Source: Octopus sinensis (Eukaryota). Taken from it: a stretch of 64,000 bases of DNA. The notes beneath the pieces are model-generated. The model had not been told where the DNA came from and ran no database searches. It saw only the letters and a program-made list of their open reading frames with translations. Where the stretch lies: positions 1,674,001 through 1,738,000 of the forward strand of contig NC_043024.1 in assembly GCF_006345805.1 (NCBI RefSeq). The letters run 5' to 3'. Shown piece after piece: positions 36,871-48,717 of this stretch; the first letter of the stretch is position 1, and each line of letters opens with the position of its first letter. The translations under genes and the position numbers were made by a program.

Positions 36871-37286
36871 CACAGGGGGAAGGGAGTTACATAAAGAAAA
36901 GGAAATCGAGGACGAAATGGTGGGGGGGGATTGGAGTGAGAGAAACGGAAGAGGGGGGGGAAGAGTTGGCGAAAAGTGAAAGAAAGATAGATAGGCAGAT
37001 AGAGGGAAGGGGAGGAGAAAGGCAGACGGAGTGAGAGGAAGATGAAGAGATTAAAATTTGGAAACAAGATAGATGGGTGAGAGATGCTATAGAGTGAAAG
37101 GGGGAGGGAGGGAGAGAGAGAGAGAGAGGGGTGCGTTCAACGTCATGAGAGGAGAGGTGAGAGGTAGACAGAGAGACGGAGAAAGAGAGGGGGGAGGTGC
37201 ATTAAAAAGGCGAAGAGGTGTCGGCTAACGGAAACGAAGTATATTATATATATACATAATATATATATATATATATATATATGGCG

Positions 37287-37417
37287 ATCCTTCGGTATTG
37301 GTATCCACAGTATTGGTATGAGGAAACGACGTCATTTCACCCTGTTTTGCAGCTTTTATCTAAGTCACTGGGGAAGGTTTTATGGGTAAATGACGTCGTC
37401 TACCAATACCGAAGGAT
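37287..37417. mobile_element. Small MITE-like inverted repeat in a (TA)n context
   Basis: ATCCTTCGGTATTGGTA ... TACCAATACCGAAGGAT, with an internal inverted GACGTCATTT / AAATGACGTC. Confidence 0.65.
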
Positions 37418-37488
37418 TACCTTTTTATATATACACACGACGATGAGAGAAATACAGAAATAAGATGTAGTAACGGGAACTGTTATAC

Positions 37489-37525
<37 letters not shown>

Positions 37526-39049
37526 ATCGCCAGAGCAGCTTGAAGTAGGTTCCAGAAGTGGACAGACTACATACTCTAACAACAGCCACCCTTCGCATAC
37601 AAAGACTGCTACCTACGGGTGGCTGGGTGTGTGAGTGTGTGTGTGTGCAACAGAGAAGTATGTCACGATTTCACACACGCAAACAGGTAGCTTTTTTTTT
37701 TTTTATTGAAGGTAGGGTGAGCAAAATATGCATAGAAAAACAAAGGTAAATTTCCAAATGTATATTTAATGCCTCCCTAATCGGGTCCCATTAGAATTGA
37801 AGTGGTTCGATCGAGTTATCTTATCTCAATCACTGGATTGCGGCCATGCTGGGGTATCGCAATGACGGAAGTCAAGCAAATCGACCACTACACCTATTTT
37901 TTAAAAAAGATCTAGTACTTATTCTATCAGTCTCTTATGTCGAACCGCTAATTCTACAAGGACGTGAACAAAGCAACACCGTTTCTTAAGCTGCGATGGA
38001 GGAGAAACACAAAGACACACATGACAAATTCACTCACAAGGCTATTGGAAAAGCCTGGGGCTACAAGTAGAAGATACATGCCCAAGGGGCCACCGAACCT
38101 CAAGCCACGTGGTTGCAAAGTGAGCGTCTTAACCCCCCACGGCCAAGCCTGAACCGAGGACGCCACAGACACGGGTACCCTTAACATAATTCTCAAACAA
38201 AAATCGACACGACGAGGTTGTACATTTGAATTACACAGGTACAAGCCATTGCATGGGCTTCTATACGGTTTCCATCGAGCCATTTTTTCACTCACTCGGT
38301 TTCGGTTGACCCGAGGCAATTGTAAAAGTCGCAGGGAGGTCGAACCCCGAACACGTCGTCACTAGGAAGCTAACCTCATTTGGCTAAATTCACGTTCACA
38401 CACTAATTTAAATAACGCACGGTCACCAGGTATAACGAGGTATGAATGAAACGAGACCCGAGAATGTGTAATCATTCATTTATTATTAAAGCCGAGGTCG
38501 ACTTTGCCTTCATCCTTATTATTATTATTATGGATGAAAAATAAACGGAATAATTGACGGAGAGCAGCAGACCCCCATTTCACGGAAGCCACAACAGCAA
38601 TTTTTTTTTTGGCGGGGGGGAACAAGGAAGTCGTGGTTTTCATGGCACTCCCAAAAAAGGTAACAACGCCGAAAATGCTGGTGGGAATGCTCAGAAAATG
38701 TGGTTTGTATTTCTTCTTCTAACATTCCCTGTAGCGCTGAAGTAATGCGATGAGGTACGTGAGTGTGGCTCGAAACTACGGCTTTCCCCTCCGTAATAAC
38801 TTGGCTCAGCATAATCAGCTGTCTTCTGGGAAAGAGAGCGACCGACCACACACACACACACTGTCTGTCTGTCTGTCTCTCTTTCTCTCTTGTGTGTGTG
38901 TGTGTAGTGTTTGTAGTACCAGAAAACATCGAACGTGATTGGAAGAGATTGATCTACGTAAACATTTGTGGGTGGCACACAATTGGGGGGAAGGCGGGGA
39001 GGGGGGAAGCTCGTAAAGAGGGCACGTGTAAAAGAAAAGTCAGGGACAG

Positions 39050-39465
39050 ATATAGCAACATACATATGTGGATAGACAGGTAGATAGATACATCCGTAGA
39101 CAATAAAATAGACAGGTAGACAGGTAGGGGATTCGTACATTAGTAGGCAGAGAGAGAGAGAGAGAGAGAGAGACTGGTACGTTTGTGGACAGATAGATAG
39201 ATAGGTAGATAGATAGACAGACAGACAGGTAGATAGATAGATAGAAAGATAGATAGATAGACAGACAGACAGGTAGATAGATAGATAGATAGACAGGTAG
39301 ATAGATAGATAGATAGACAGATAGATAGATAGACAGATAGATAGATAGACAGATAGATAGACAGATAGATAGATAGACAGACAGATAGATAGATAGACAG
39401 AGAGATAGATAGACAGTCAGACAGATAGACAGAAAGATAGACATGAATAGATAGACAGATAGACA
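39050..39465. repeat. (GATA)n/(GACA)n microsatellite
   Basis: Read directly from the sequence. Confidence 0.95.
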
Positions 39466-39703
39466 ACGATAACCCGTTTGTGTGGGTCTCCAAATATATG
39501 TTATGCAAACACAAGGCCTATCATACAAAGCCGCCCCACCCCGCCAGAATGTCTGCAGGAGGGTCAAGAACTCTTTACATCTCACAAAGCAAAAGTCAAC
39601 AGTCTTAGCATACACATTTATTTTAAATATAAACAAAAAGGGGGGAACCTCTTAATTTTCTATCCATCCATATGTGAATGTGTGTGTGTGTATGTATATA
39701 TAT

Positions 39704-40045
39704 AGGCGCAGGCTTGGCTGTGTGTTAAGTAGCTTGCTTCCCAACCACATGGTTCCGGGTTCAGTCCCACTGCGTGACTCATTGCACAAGTGTCTGCTAT
39801 AGCCACAGGCATACCATATCCTTCTCAGTGCATTTGGTAGACGGAAACTGAAAGAGGCCGGTCGCAAATATATATATGTAGGTATGTGTGTTTGTGCTTG
39901 TCCCAGCCTCCATCACCGTTTCTAAACCGATGTTGGTGTGTGTACGTCTCCGTAACTTAGTGGTTCGGCAAAACAGACCAACAGGATACGTACTACACTT
40001 AAAACAATAAGCCCTTGAGTCAATTTGTTTGACTAAAACCCTTCA
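39704..40045 (+). mobile_element. SINE family A, diverged
   Basis: GGCGCAGGCTTGGCTGTGTG head and degenerate tail. Confidence 0.75.
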
Positions 40046-40299
40046 AATGCTGTCATCATCATCATCGTTTAACGTCCGCTTTCCATGCTAGCATGGGTTG
40101 GACGGTTCAACTGGGGTCTGGGAAGCCCGAAGGCTGCACTAGGTCAGTCAGATCTGGCAGTGTTTCTACAGCTGGATGCCCTTCCTAACGCCAACCACTC
40201 CGTGAGTGTAGTGGGTGCTTTTTATGTGCCACCGACACAGGTGCCAGATGAGGCTGTGTGTATATATATAATAAATATCTGTAAATATAAATACATAAT

Positions 40300-40347
<48 letters not shown>

Positions 40348-41512
40348 GAAATGAGCTACTCAGAAGATAGGATGGTTTATATTTACAGATATTTATTTTT
40401 ATATTACATTTTTTACATATATATATCATATCACTTAGATCATTAGCGCTTTCTCCCATTCTAGTGGGGTTTTCAAATCAAACTAAGTTCCTGTATATAT
40501 GTATATATATCATCATCATCGTTTAGCGTCCGCTTTCCATGCTAGCATGGGTTGGATGGTTCAACTGGGTTCTGGGAAGCCAGAAGGCTGCACCAGGCCC
40601 AGTCTGATCTGGCAATGTTTCTACGGCTGGATGCCTTTCCTAACACCAACCACTCCATGAGTGTGTATATAATATATATATATATATATAATTATGTACA
40701 ATCTGTGTATATCTCACTAATGAGGCAGAGTGTATATTTATCCAGAGCCAAATATCCAGATCTGGAATTATCCAATAATTTTTTGCTAGTTTATTTGTCC
40801 ATTTGTCTTTTCACTTTGTGCTGTATAAATACATGGTGGTTTTAGAGTCAAGTTTTGACTGCTATCTCTAGCATGCTGGTATCTCTTAGATACCCTTAAT
40901 TATAATTATATATATATATATATATATATTAGTTGGATTTGAAAACCCCACTAGAATAGGAGAAAGTGCTAATGATCTAAGTGATATGATGTATATATAA
41001 AAAATGTAATATACAAATAAATATCTGTAAATATAAACCATCCGATCTTCTAAGTACCTCATTTCTTCTAATATATATATGTATATATATAAAGTTAGCA
41101 TCTAAACCACATGGTTCCCGGTTCGCTTACACTGCATTGCATGGCACCTTGGGCAGGTGTCTTCTATTATAGCCGCAGGTCTACCAAAGCAGTGTAAGTG
41201 AATTTGGTAGACGGAAACTGAAAGAAGCCCATCAAATACATGTATACACACATGCATGCATGTATGCTTGCTCTTAACCAGTGTTGGTTCGTTTACGTCC
41301 TAATGAGTTAGTCGTTCGGCAAAAGAGATCGATGGAATAAGTAGCAAACTTTTAAAAAGAATACAAGTATTGGGGTGTCGATTTGTTCAACTAAAACCCT
41401 TAAAGGGCAGTGCCCCAGCATGGCCACAGTCCCATAACTGAAATTAAGTAAAAAAAAAAACGCTTTATGTGTGTGAGTGTATATATACATATATATATAT
41501 ATACACATATAT

Positions 41513-41571
<59 letters not shown>

Positions 41572-41608
41572 TGAAATTTACAGAAAAACGTATATATACA
41601 GGTATATG

Positions 41609-41659
<51 letters not shown>

Positions 41660-43781
41660 GTGTATACATATGTGTGTATATACATATATATACCTGTGTG
41701 TATATATATATATAGATACATGTATATACATGTATATAGATACATGTGTATATATACACGTGTATGTGTGTATAAATATATGATGATATGCATGTATATA
41801 TATGCGTACATGTATAAATAGAAATGTAGCAACAGGTGGTTGTAAGGAAGATAACATCGATAATCAATGATCGAAATGCAAGCAAACTTGCAGAAAATTC
41901 GATCACCTCAACAGATTTGAGGAGCCGCTTTTTGGTTTAGCCCCAGGTCAGGTCAACCCTAACCGAGCAGACCTCTGGCATAGTCTATCAAGGACTACAT
42001 TATGCAACCGTGGCCCTCTTGCCTTTCCAAGACTGTGGATCGAGTTGCGTCCCTTTGTAAACTTAGCCGTTCGATGAATAGGAACCGATGAAATACATTC
42101 CAAGCAAAAAGAATTACTGCACTCGATACAATGAAGTAAAACCGTAAGAGGTACTGCTCCAGTATGGCCGTAGTTTAATGAATGATACCGGTCATGATAG
42201 ACCATAAGGTCACGTGTTGAACTCTAGTACTCTTCTGATACTTGTTTTTTTATCAATTTTTCCCCCCAGGAGAATAAGGACATAACAGAGCTTGGTGAGA
42301 ATTGAACCCTAAACACCCAGATCCAAAGCGTTAGGAGTAATACCGAACTCCCGAAGATTAAGAAGTATTCCTTGCCGGGATTCGAACCATCCACACCAGA
42401 CTGATGGATAGAGAGAGGGGGGATGGAGGATGGGTGATCACAATTGGAACACCTTGGATTATGTCTTCTCTGCCAGGCCTGATCAGAGCTAAGCAACCCC
42501 AGAGTCCTCAACTAGGTTTCGGTCCTATGAAATACAGGAGGTCATGTGACATGCACGCCTTCCCGAAATACGCCGGTGGTGCGGACGAAGTTGTAGTAAC
42601 AACAACCAGGAAACGAAACCGGATCGCGGTTCACACACTAGCGCCGTCTAACCTCTGACCTCTTAACGGGCGGGCGCTTATACTTGGTCAGTCGACCTTG
42701 ACAACAAGAAATAGCAGCCAAGCAAGCCTTCCTGAAATCATAATTTACTTGCGTCACAGAAAAACAAAGACATGCAGATGGCCATGACCGGAACGCTTTT
42801 GAACATAGCTCTACTGGCTCGGAACTGACCTAGAATTCAACAACAGCAATCAATTGTATCATTACGAAAATAACCTCCGTGCTCCAGCAACGACATTACG
42901 ATATTACACTTTTTAGGGGGGGGGGGCGAGTGGGTAAGGAGCTGGTACCCTAAACCGTGTGGTTTGGGGGCTCCAGCATGGTCGCAGTCCGATGATTGAA
43001 ACAAGCAAATAAATTATAAAGAGCTCCTTCCCGGCTCCGCAGACCAATAATCTCGTGTTCTAAGCATTTAATATCTAGGACTGATATTTCTGATTTAAAA
43101 AAAAAAAGACAGTAAAGTGTTTATGAAGGAGATTTGACTGCTATTTTTAGCAGATCGAGAGACTGCATAAAGAAATAAGCAAAAAAAAAGGTACCCTACC
43201 TCTTTAAGGTTCTGTTTTATGGTTTAAGTTTATGAATGAAAGTCTATTTACGCGTGTAATTATAGAAATGTTTGACGTCATAAAATTTTTTATGAACTTT
43301 CGAGAGAACGTGAAATAATTGTATCGCGGAACAGTGGATCTCGAAGCACATAAAGCTACAAATGACAGCATGTAAATGTGGCAAGATGATTGCTTCCCAA
43401 TCACACGGTTCCGGGTTCAGTCCCCACTGCGTGGTACCTTGGGCAAGGGGCAAGTGTCTTCTGCTATAGCCTCGGGCCAACCAAGGCTTTGTGAGTGGAT
43501 TTGGTAGACGGAAACTGAAAGAAGACCATCGTATATATGCATATGCTTGTGTATGTATGTTTGTCCCCCCGCCGTCTCTTGACAGCCGATATTGGTGTGC
43601 TTACGTCCCTGCAACCAAGCAGTTCGGCAAAAGAGAACGATAGAATAAGTGCTACGTTTACAAAGAATAAGTCTAGCATGGCCGACAATATACATACATA
43701 CATATATATATAGTTATACCAGGGGATGGTCATCATATTTTGCCAGTTAAACAACAATATCTGTTTTAACACACACATATA

Positions 43782-43827
<46 letters not shown>

Positions 43828-44644
43828 CTGCCGGCCAAGATCCCAGATGAACCCAAATCGCTGTTAGGGCCTCAAAAAGAAGGCGGTGATATCAAACTCT
43901 TCCGTTCACCGAAAGCCAACCACATGATAATGGCCATGGAAAAGGTGATGATACGGTCGGTGACCCAGCATGGCCACGGCCTTTCGGTTGAAACGCATGG
44001 GAGAATCTACATACGAGACATCTCATCTGTTTAATACCATCTCCACTATGTACATGTGTGTATATACATGTATATATATGTAAGTCTATAGAGACGTTTA
44101 TTGAAGGGTGTGTCGACCTGTGTCAGTATAAAGCCGGACTCTCATGTGTAACGTGGACATCGGTGAAGTTTACTACAGGATAAGCACTCACACCCACCTA
44201 CGTATATATACACACAGGAGTGTTCCAGTAAAGGTGACTGGTGAGTGTATATAAACATACATTCGAGTAAATGTCAGACACGATTAACAAGTATAAGAGG
44301 GAAGCAAAGAGAAATTCACGACACACATGATTATACATACATGCCTACATATATACATTTACACACACATGGATTCATGCACGTGTATTTGTATGTATGT
44401 ATATATATATATGTATGTATACACTGTACGTATTTAGGTAGACGGACATGCTTGTATATTTTGATCTAAGTTTCTGGTGTGTTGAAGAAAAAATGTAAAG
44501 AAATCTGCTAAGAGTAAACAGCTCACAGAGTCACATTAAACACCCACCCACACATATATTTATATACACATAGCCACCCTCACGGATTCATACAAATTGA
44601 TGTTGATTCCGTTTAAAGAACCAGACACCGATAACTGGGAACAG

Positions 44645-44696
<52 letters not shown>

Positions 44697-44873
44697 GTAT
44701 ACACACACATATATACACACTGTACAAAAACGTATACTTTATACATACAGACATATGTACGTAGTCTAAAACACATTCATATAGACAAAGAGAGACACAT
44801 CATACTGATTCGTCACATCTATATATCTATATATATAGTCATACAAGCACACAGACATGTGTATGTATGTGTG

Positions 44874-44905
<32 letters not shown>

Positions 44906-45582
44906 AAATATGAATTAGAGATAAAACCACTATTATGCAACTCAAATTTGATTTAATACTCAATTGAATTTTTCCCTGTAAGTTTGGAGTTATACTCCCT
45001 AATATTATTATATACATATATATATATACACACACACATATATGTATATATATATGTATGTATATATAAGCATTTTACACATCATTAAACACCTCACAGT
45101 CGACAGCATTAAAAGATGGCTCTAAATATAATCCACATACGCACATACATATACATACACACGTGTATATATGCTTGCTATATATATATATATACATACA
45201 GCAACACACATATATATATATATATATACATACGTACACTATGTATAGTCTATGCATGTCTTTCATATACACACAGAACTGTAAATACAAATTATATATA
45301 CACGCAGAACCAAAATATAAACCCTGTAGTTATCTATATATATCCACATATATAAATATATAACAACTGTGTGCGTGTATATATATATATATATATGTAT
45401 GTATGTGTGTATATTGATGTGTCTGGGATCAGTGTGTGTGTGTGTGTATACTCATTTGGCTACTGTTTTGTATGTATACGACGGAATTGCTCGAACGAAA
45501 GACAGGTAAAAGATGAAGGCCACTACATCACGTATGCATAGATCAAGGCTGAATATTTCAAAGGCCCCCAGGGCCAGCTTAC

Positions 45583-45636
45583 CACAGAGAAAAGGGTTGC
45601 TGCGGCGATCAAAAGGCAGTACTGACGTCTCTCCAT
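45583..45636 (-). CDS. ERP44: ERP44 exon 1 (signal peptide N-part, MERRQYCLLIAAATLFSV)
   Basis: ATG plus 18 codons with a hydrophobic h-region, ending in GTG|GTAAGC, phase 0. Joins in frame to exon 2 (LSFFEPSAA) to give a complete signal peptide. The link spans a ~24 kb intron and is inferred. Confidence 0.78.
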
Positions 45637-45720
45637 GTCTGAACTTCTGGCTTCCACAGTTATTTACCTTGGTTTCTCTTTCGGCACTTTCCGTCAACTT
45701 CCGTCTCTCCCTCTCCCTTC
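45637..45720 (-). promoter_or_regulatory. Probable ERP44 5'UTR / core promoter
   Basis: Unique, CpG-containing sequence directly upstream of the ATG. ETS-type CGGAAGT on the minus strand at 45697-45703. No good splice acceptor before the ATG. Confidence 0.5.
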
Positions 45721-47100
45721 CTCTCACTATTACTCTATTGCTCTCTCTTTCCTCTCTATCTATTAATCTCTCTCTCTCTCTTACCGTCCTTCTCCATTTC
45801 TCTCACTATTCCTCTTACTCTATTGCTCTCTGTTTCCTTTATCTCTCTCCCTTTCTTTATTTCTCTCTCGCTATTAATCTCTTTCTCTTTCCTTCCTTCC
45901 TTCTCCATTCCTCTCACTATTACTCTATTGCCTCTCTCTATCTTCCTTTCTTAATTTCTCTCTCGCTTTTAATCTCTCTCTCTCTCTTACAGTCCTTCTC
46001 CGTTCCTCTCACTGTTACTCTATTGCTCTCTGTTTACTCTCTCTCTCCCTTTCTTAATTTCTCTCTCACTATTAATCTCTCTCTCTTTCTTTTCTTCTCC
46101 CTTCCTCTCACTATTACTTTATTGCTCTCTGTTTCCTCTCTCTCTCCCTTTCTTAATTTCTCTCTCACTATTAATCTCTCTGTCTCTCTGTCTTACCGTT
46201 CTTCTCCATTCCTCTCACTATTACTCTATTGCTCTCTGTTTCCTCTCTCTCTATCTATCTTCCTTCTTAATTTCTCTCTCGCTTTTAATCTCTCTCTCTC
46301 TCTTACAGTCCTTCTCCGTTCCTCTCACTGTTACTCTATTGCTCTCTGTTTACTCTCTCTCTCCCTTTCTTAATTTCTCTCTCACTATTAATCTCTCTCT
46401 CTTTCTTTTCTTCTCCCTTCCTCTCACTATTACTTTATTGCTCTCTGTTTCCTCTCTCTCTCCCTTTCTTAATTTCTCTCTCACTATTAATCTCTCTGTC
46501 TCTCTGTCTTACCGTTCTTCTCCATTCCTCTCACTATTACTCTATTGCTCTCTGTTTCCTCTCTCTCTATCTATCTTCCTTTCTTAATTTCTCTCTCACT
46601 ATTAATCTTACTCTCTCTTTCTTTCCTTCTCCCTTCCTCTCACTGTTACTCTATTGCTCTCTGTTTCCTCTTTCTCTTTCTTAATTTCTCTCTCACTATT
46701 AATCTCTCTCTCTCTCTTTCCTTCCTTCTCACTTTCTCTCACTATTACTCTCTTTAGCTTCCTCCGTTCTCTCTCTCTCTCTCTCCTCTCTTTTCTCATT
46801 ATTACTCCCTCCCTCCTTATCACTTTCTCTCACTATTACTCTCTCTACTCTCTTTCTCTCCTTCCCCACTTTAGTTTCTATATCTATTTTTCCTTTCTTT
46901 CTCACTTTCCCCCCTCCCTCTCTAATTCTATATTTTATCTCTATCCCTCCCTCTCCCCTTCTCTCTTTCTTATTCTATTCCTTTCAGTTCTCTCACTTTC
47001 TCTCTCTGTCTCTTTCACCCCCTCCCTCTCTCTCTCTCTCTCTTCCTCACACATATTACACACGCTTTCCCAACCGCTGCCTCCCCCCCTCACTCCACTG
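45710..47100. repeat. Polypyrimidine minisatellite (~105-bp unit)
   Basis: CTCACT(A/G)TTACT(C/T)TATTGC recurs at ~45723, 45912, 46006, 46104, 46214, 46323, 46421, 46529 and 46638. Confidence 0.92.
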
Positions 47101-47219
47101 CTCTCTCTGCATTTCTCGTTTAAAAAAAATCCATCTATTTTTTCCTCCTTTTGCCTTTCTTGCTTTCTCCAACTTTAATATCTTCTCTGCAAGTATTCTC
47201 ATCTAATCACCCTCTCTCT

Positions 47220-47292
47220 TTCCTACCTACCTATCTATCTATCTATCCATCTATCAATCTATCTATCTATATGTCTATCTATCTATCTATCC

Positions 47293-47336
<44 letters not shown>

Positions 47337-47610
47337 GTCTGTCTGTCTATCTATCTATCTGTCTGTCTCTATCTATCTACCTACCTACCTACCTACCTGT
47401 CTGTCTGTCTGTCTATCTGTCTGTATATCTGTCTGTATATCTGTCTGTCTGTCTGTCTATCTATCTGTCTGTCTGTCAATCTATCTTATCTATCTACCTG
47501 TCTGTCTATCTACCCATGTATCTATCCATCCCTCTATAAATCCATCTATCCATATATCTATCTATCTGTCTGTCTGTCTGTCTATCTGTCTATCCATCCA
47601 TCTCTTTCTT
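47220..47610. repeat. (TCTA)n/(TCTG)n tetranucleotide microsatellite
   Basis: Read directly from the sequence. Confidence 0.95.
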
Positions 47611-48310
47611 TTTCCTCTCTTTCTTTCTTTCTCCTTTTCTATCCTCTCTCTCTCATTTATTTCTGTCTGTTCCCTTTTCTCTCATACCTCTCTCTCCTCT
47701 CTCTCACACATACACACACGTATATTCACTCTCTCTCTCTCTCCCTCTTACTCTTTCTCCCTCGTCTGCCTCTCCTTCTCCTCCTCCTGCTCTCTCGCTC
47801 TCTCCATAATTTACAAAGCGGATAAGTACTCAATACATGAAAAAGAGTATATACTCTCCCGATCAAGACTTCCCTTTACTGCTCCACTTAGAATTTCCCA
47901 CTTTTCAAATCCCAGTTGTTCCCTCTTAAACCACATCTGCTTATTCCATCAACACAATCCAATTCATTGTCTCAATTGCTGCTACATATATTCGTCAAAA
48001 TACATTTTAAAATTAAGAATTATGGAAATATTTGCTGGGTAATATTTACTTGTATAATGAAACAAGAAAATGTAAAATTTTTGGTACTAGTTCTTCTGCA
48101 TTACACATGTTTCGTTTGCTAATAGGAATTACAAGGTTTTACTAGTTAGACAGACATGTAAGGGATTTCCTGTCAAGCAGAGAAAAAAAACAATACCAAA
48201 ATAATTAATTTTTTTTTCTTCTGTCAGAAGAATTTCTAATAGACAATTCCTTACAGGTCTGTCTAACACAGGGGTTCATTTCATTTTTCATTTTATCTAG
48301 TTTCAGCTCA

Positions 48311-48595
48311 CATCATCATCATCATCATTGTTCGACCGTGGTCGAGACAATGGAATTTACCATGCTACGCCAGAGTTCACGGTCCATCATGGCATTATGG
48401 AGGTCCTGTTGCTGGATGCCTGTATCCCTGGAGATTACATCAGGGTAGGAGAGTGTGTGCCCTCTGGTATTGCGAGTAGATGGCTTCCAGAGGAGAAGAG
48501 TAGAAATTACCTCTTTTTCAGCTCTACAACAATGTCCAGCAAACTGGACTCTCCTACCTTTCACAAGAGATGACACATGGGGCACCGCCATTAGT
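48311..48595 (-). mobile_element. RTE-clade LINE 3' end with (GAT)n tail
   Basis: RRVQFAGHCCRAEKEVISTLLLWKP...RG...YPDVISRDTG...DLHNAMMDRELWR is the typical RTE ORF C-terminus. Confidence 0.85.
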
Positions 48596-48717
48596 GGAGC
48601 CATGTGGAGCTTAGGTGTTTTGCTCAATTAACACACACATCGCCCAGTCTAAGATTTGAACCCACGATCCCTCGACCGCGAGTCAGCTGCTCTAAGCACT
48701 AGGCTATGTGCCTCCAC
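48596..48717 (-). mobile_element. SINE family D head fused to an RTE 3' end
   Basis: GTGGAGGCACATAGCCTAGTGCTTAG...GGGTTCAAATC head, colinear with other D copies up to GGCTCCA. Confidence 0.75.

Noticed and set aside
35863-36894. 336-, 309-, 282- and 198-aa ORFs (CVCVY / HTHTY)
   Set aside because: (CA)n/(TA)n microsatellite artefacts.
45513-47825. 286-, 174- and 224-aa Leu/Ser-rich ORFs
   Set aside because: Polypyrimidine minisatellite and (TCTA)n; the 286-aa frame is merely antisense to ERP44 exon 1.
47833-47935. Minus-strand frame MWFKREQLGFEKWEILSGAVKGSLDRESIYSFS
   Set aside because: Weak splice signals, no recognisable homology and no partner exons.
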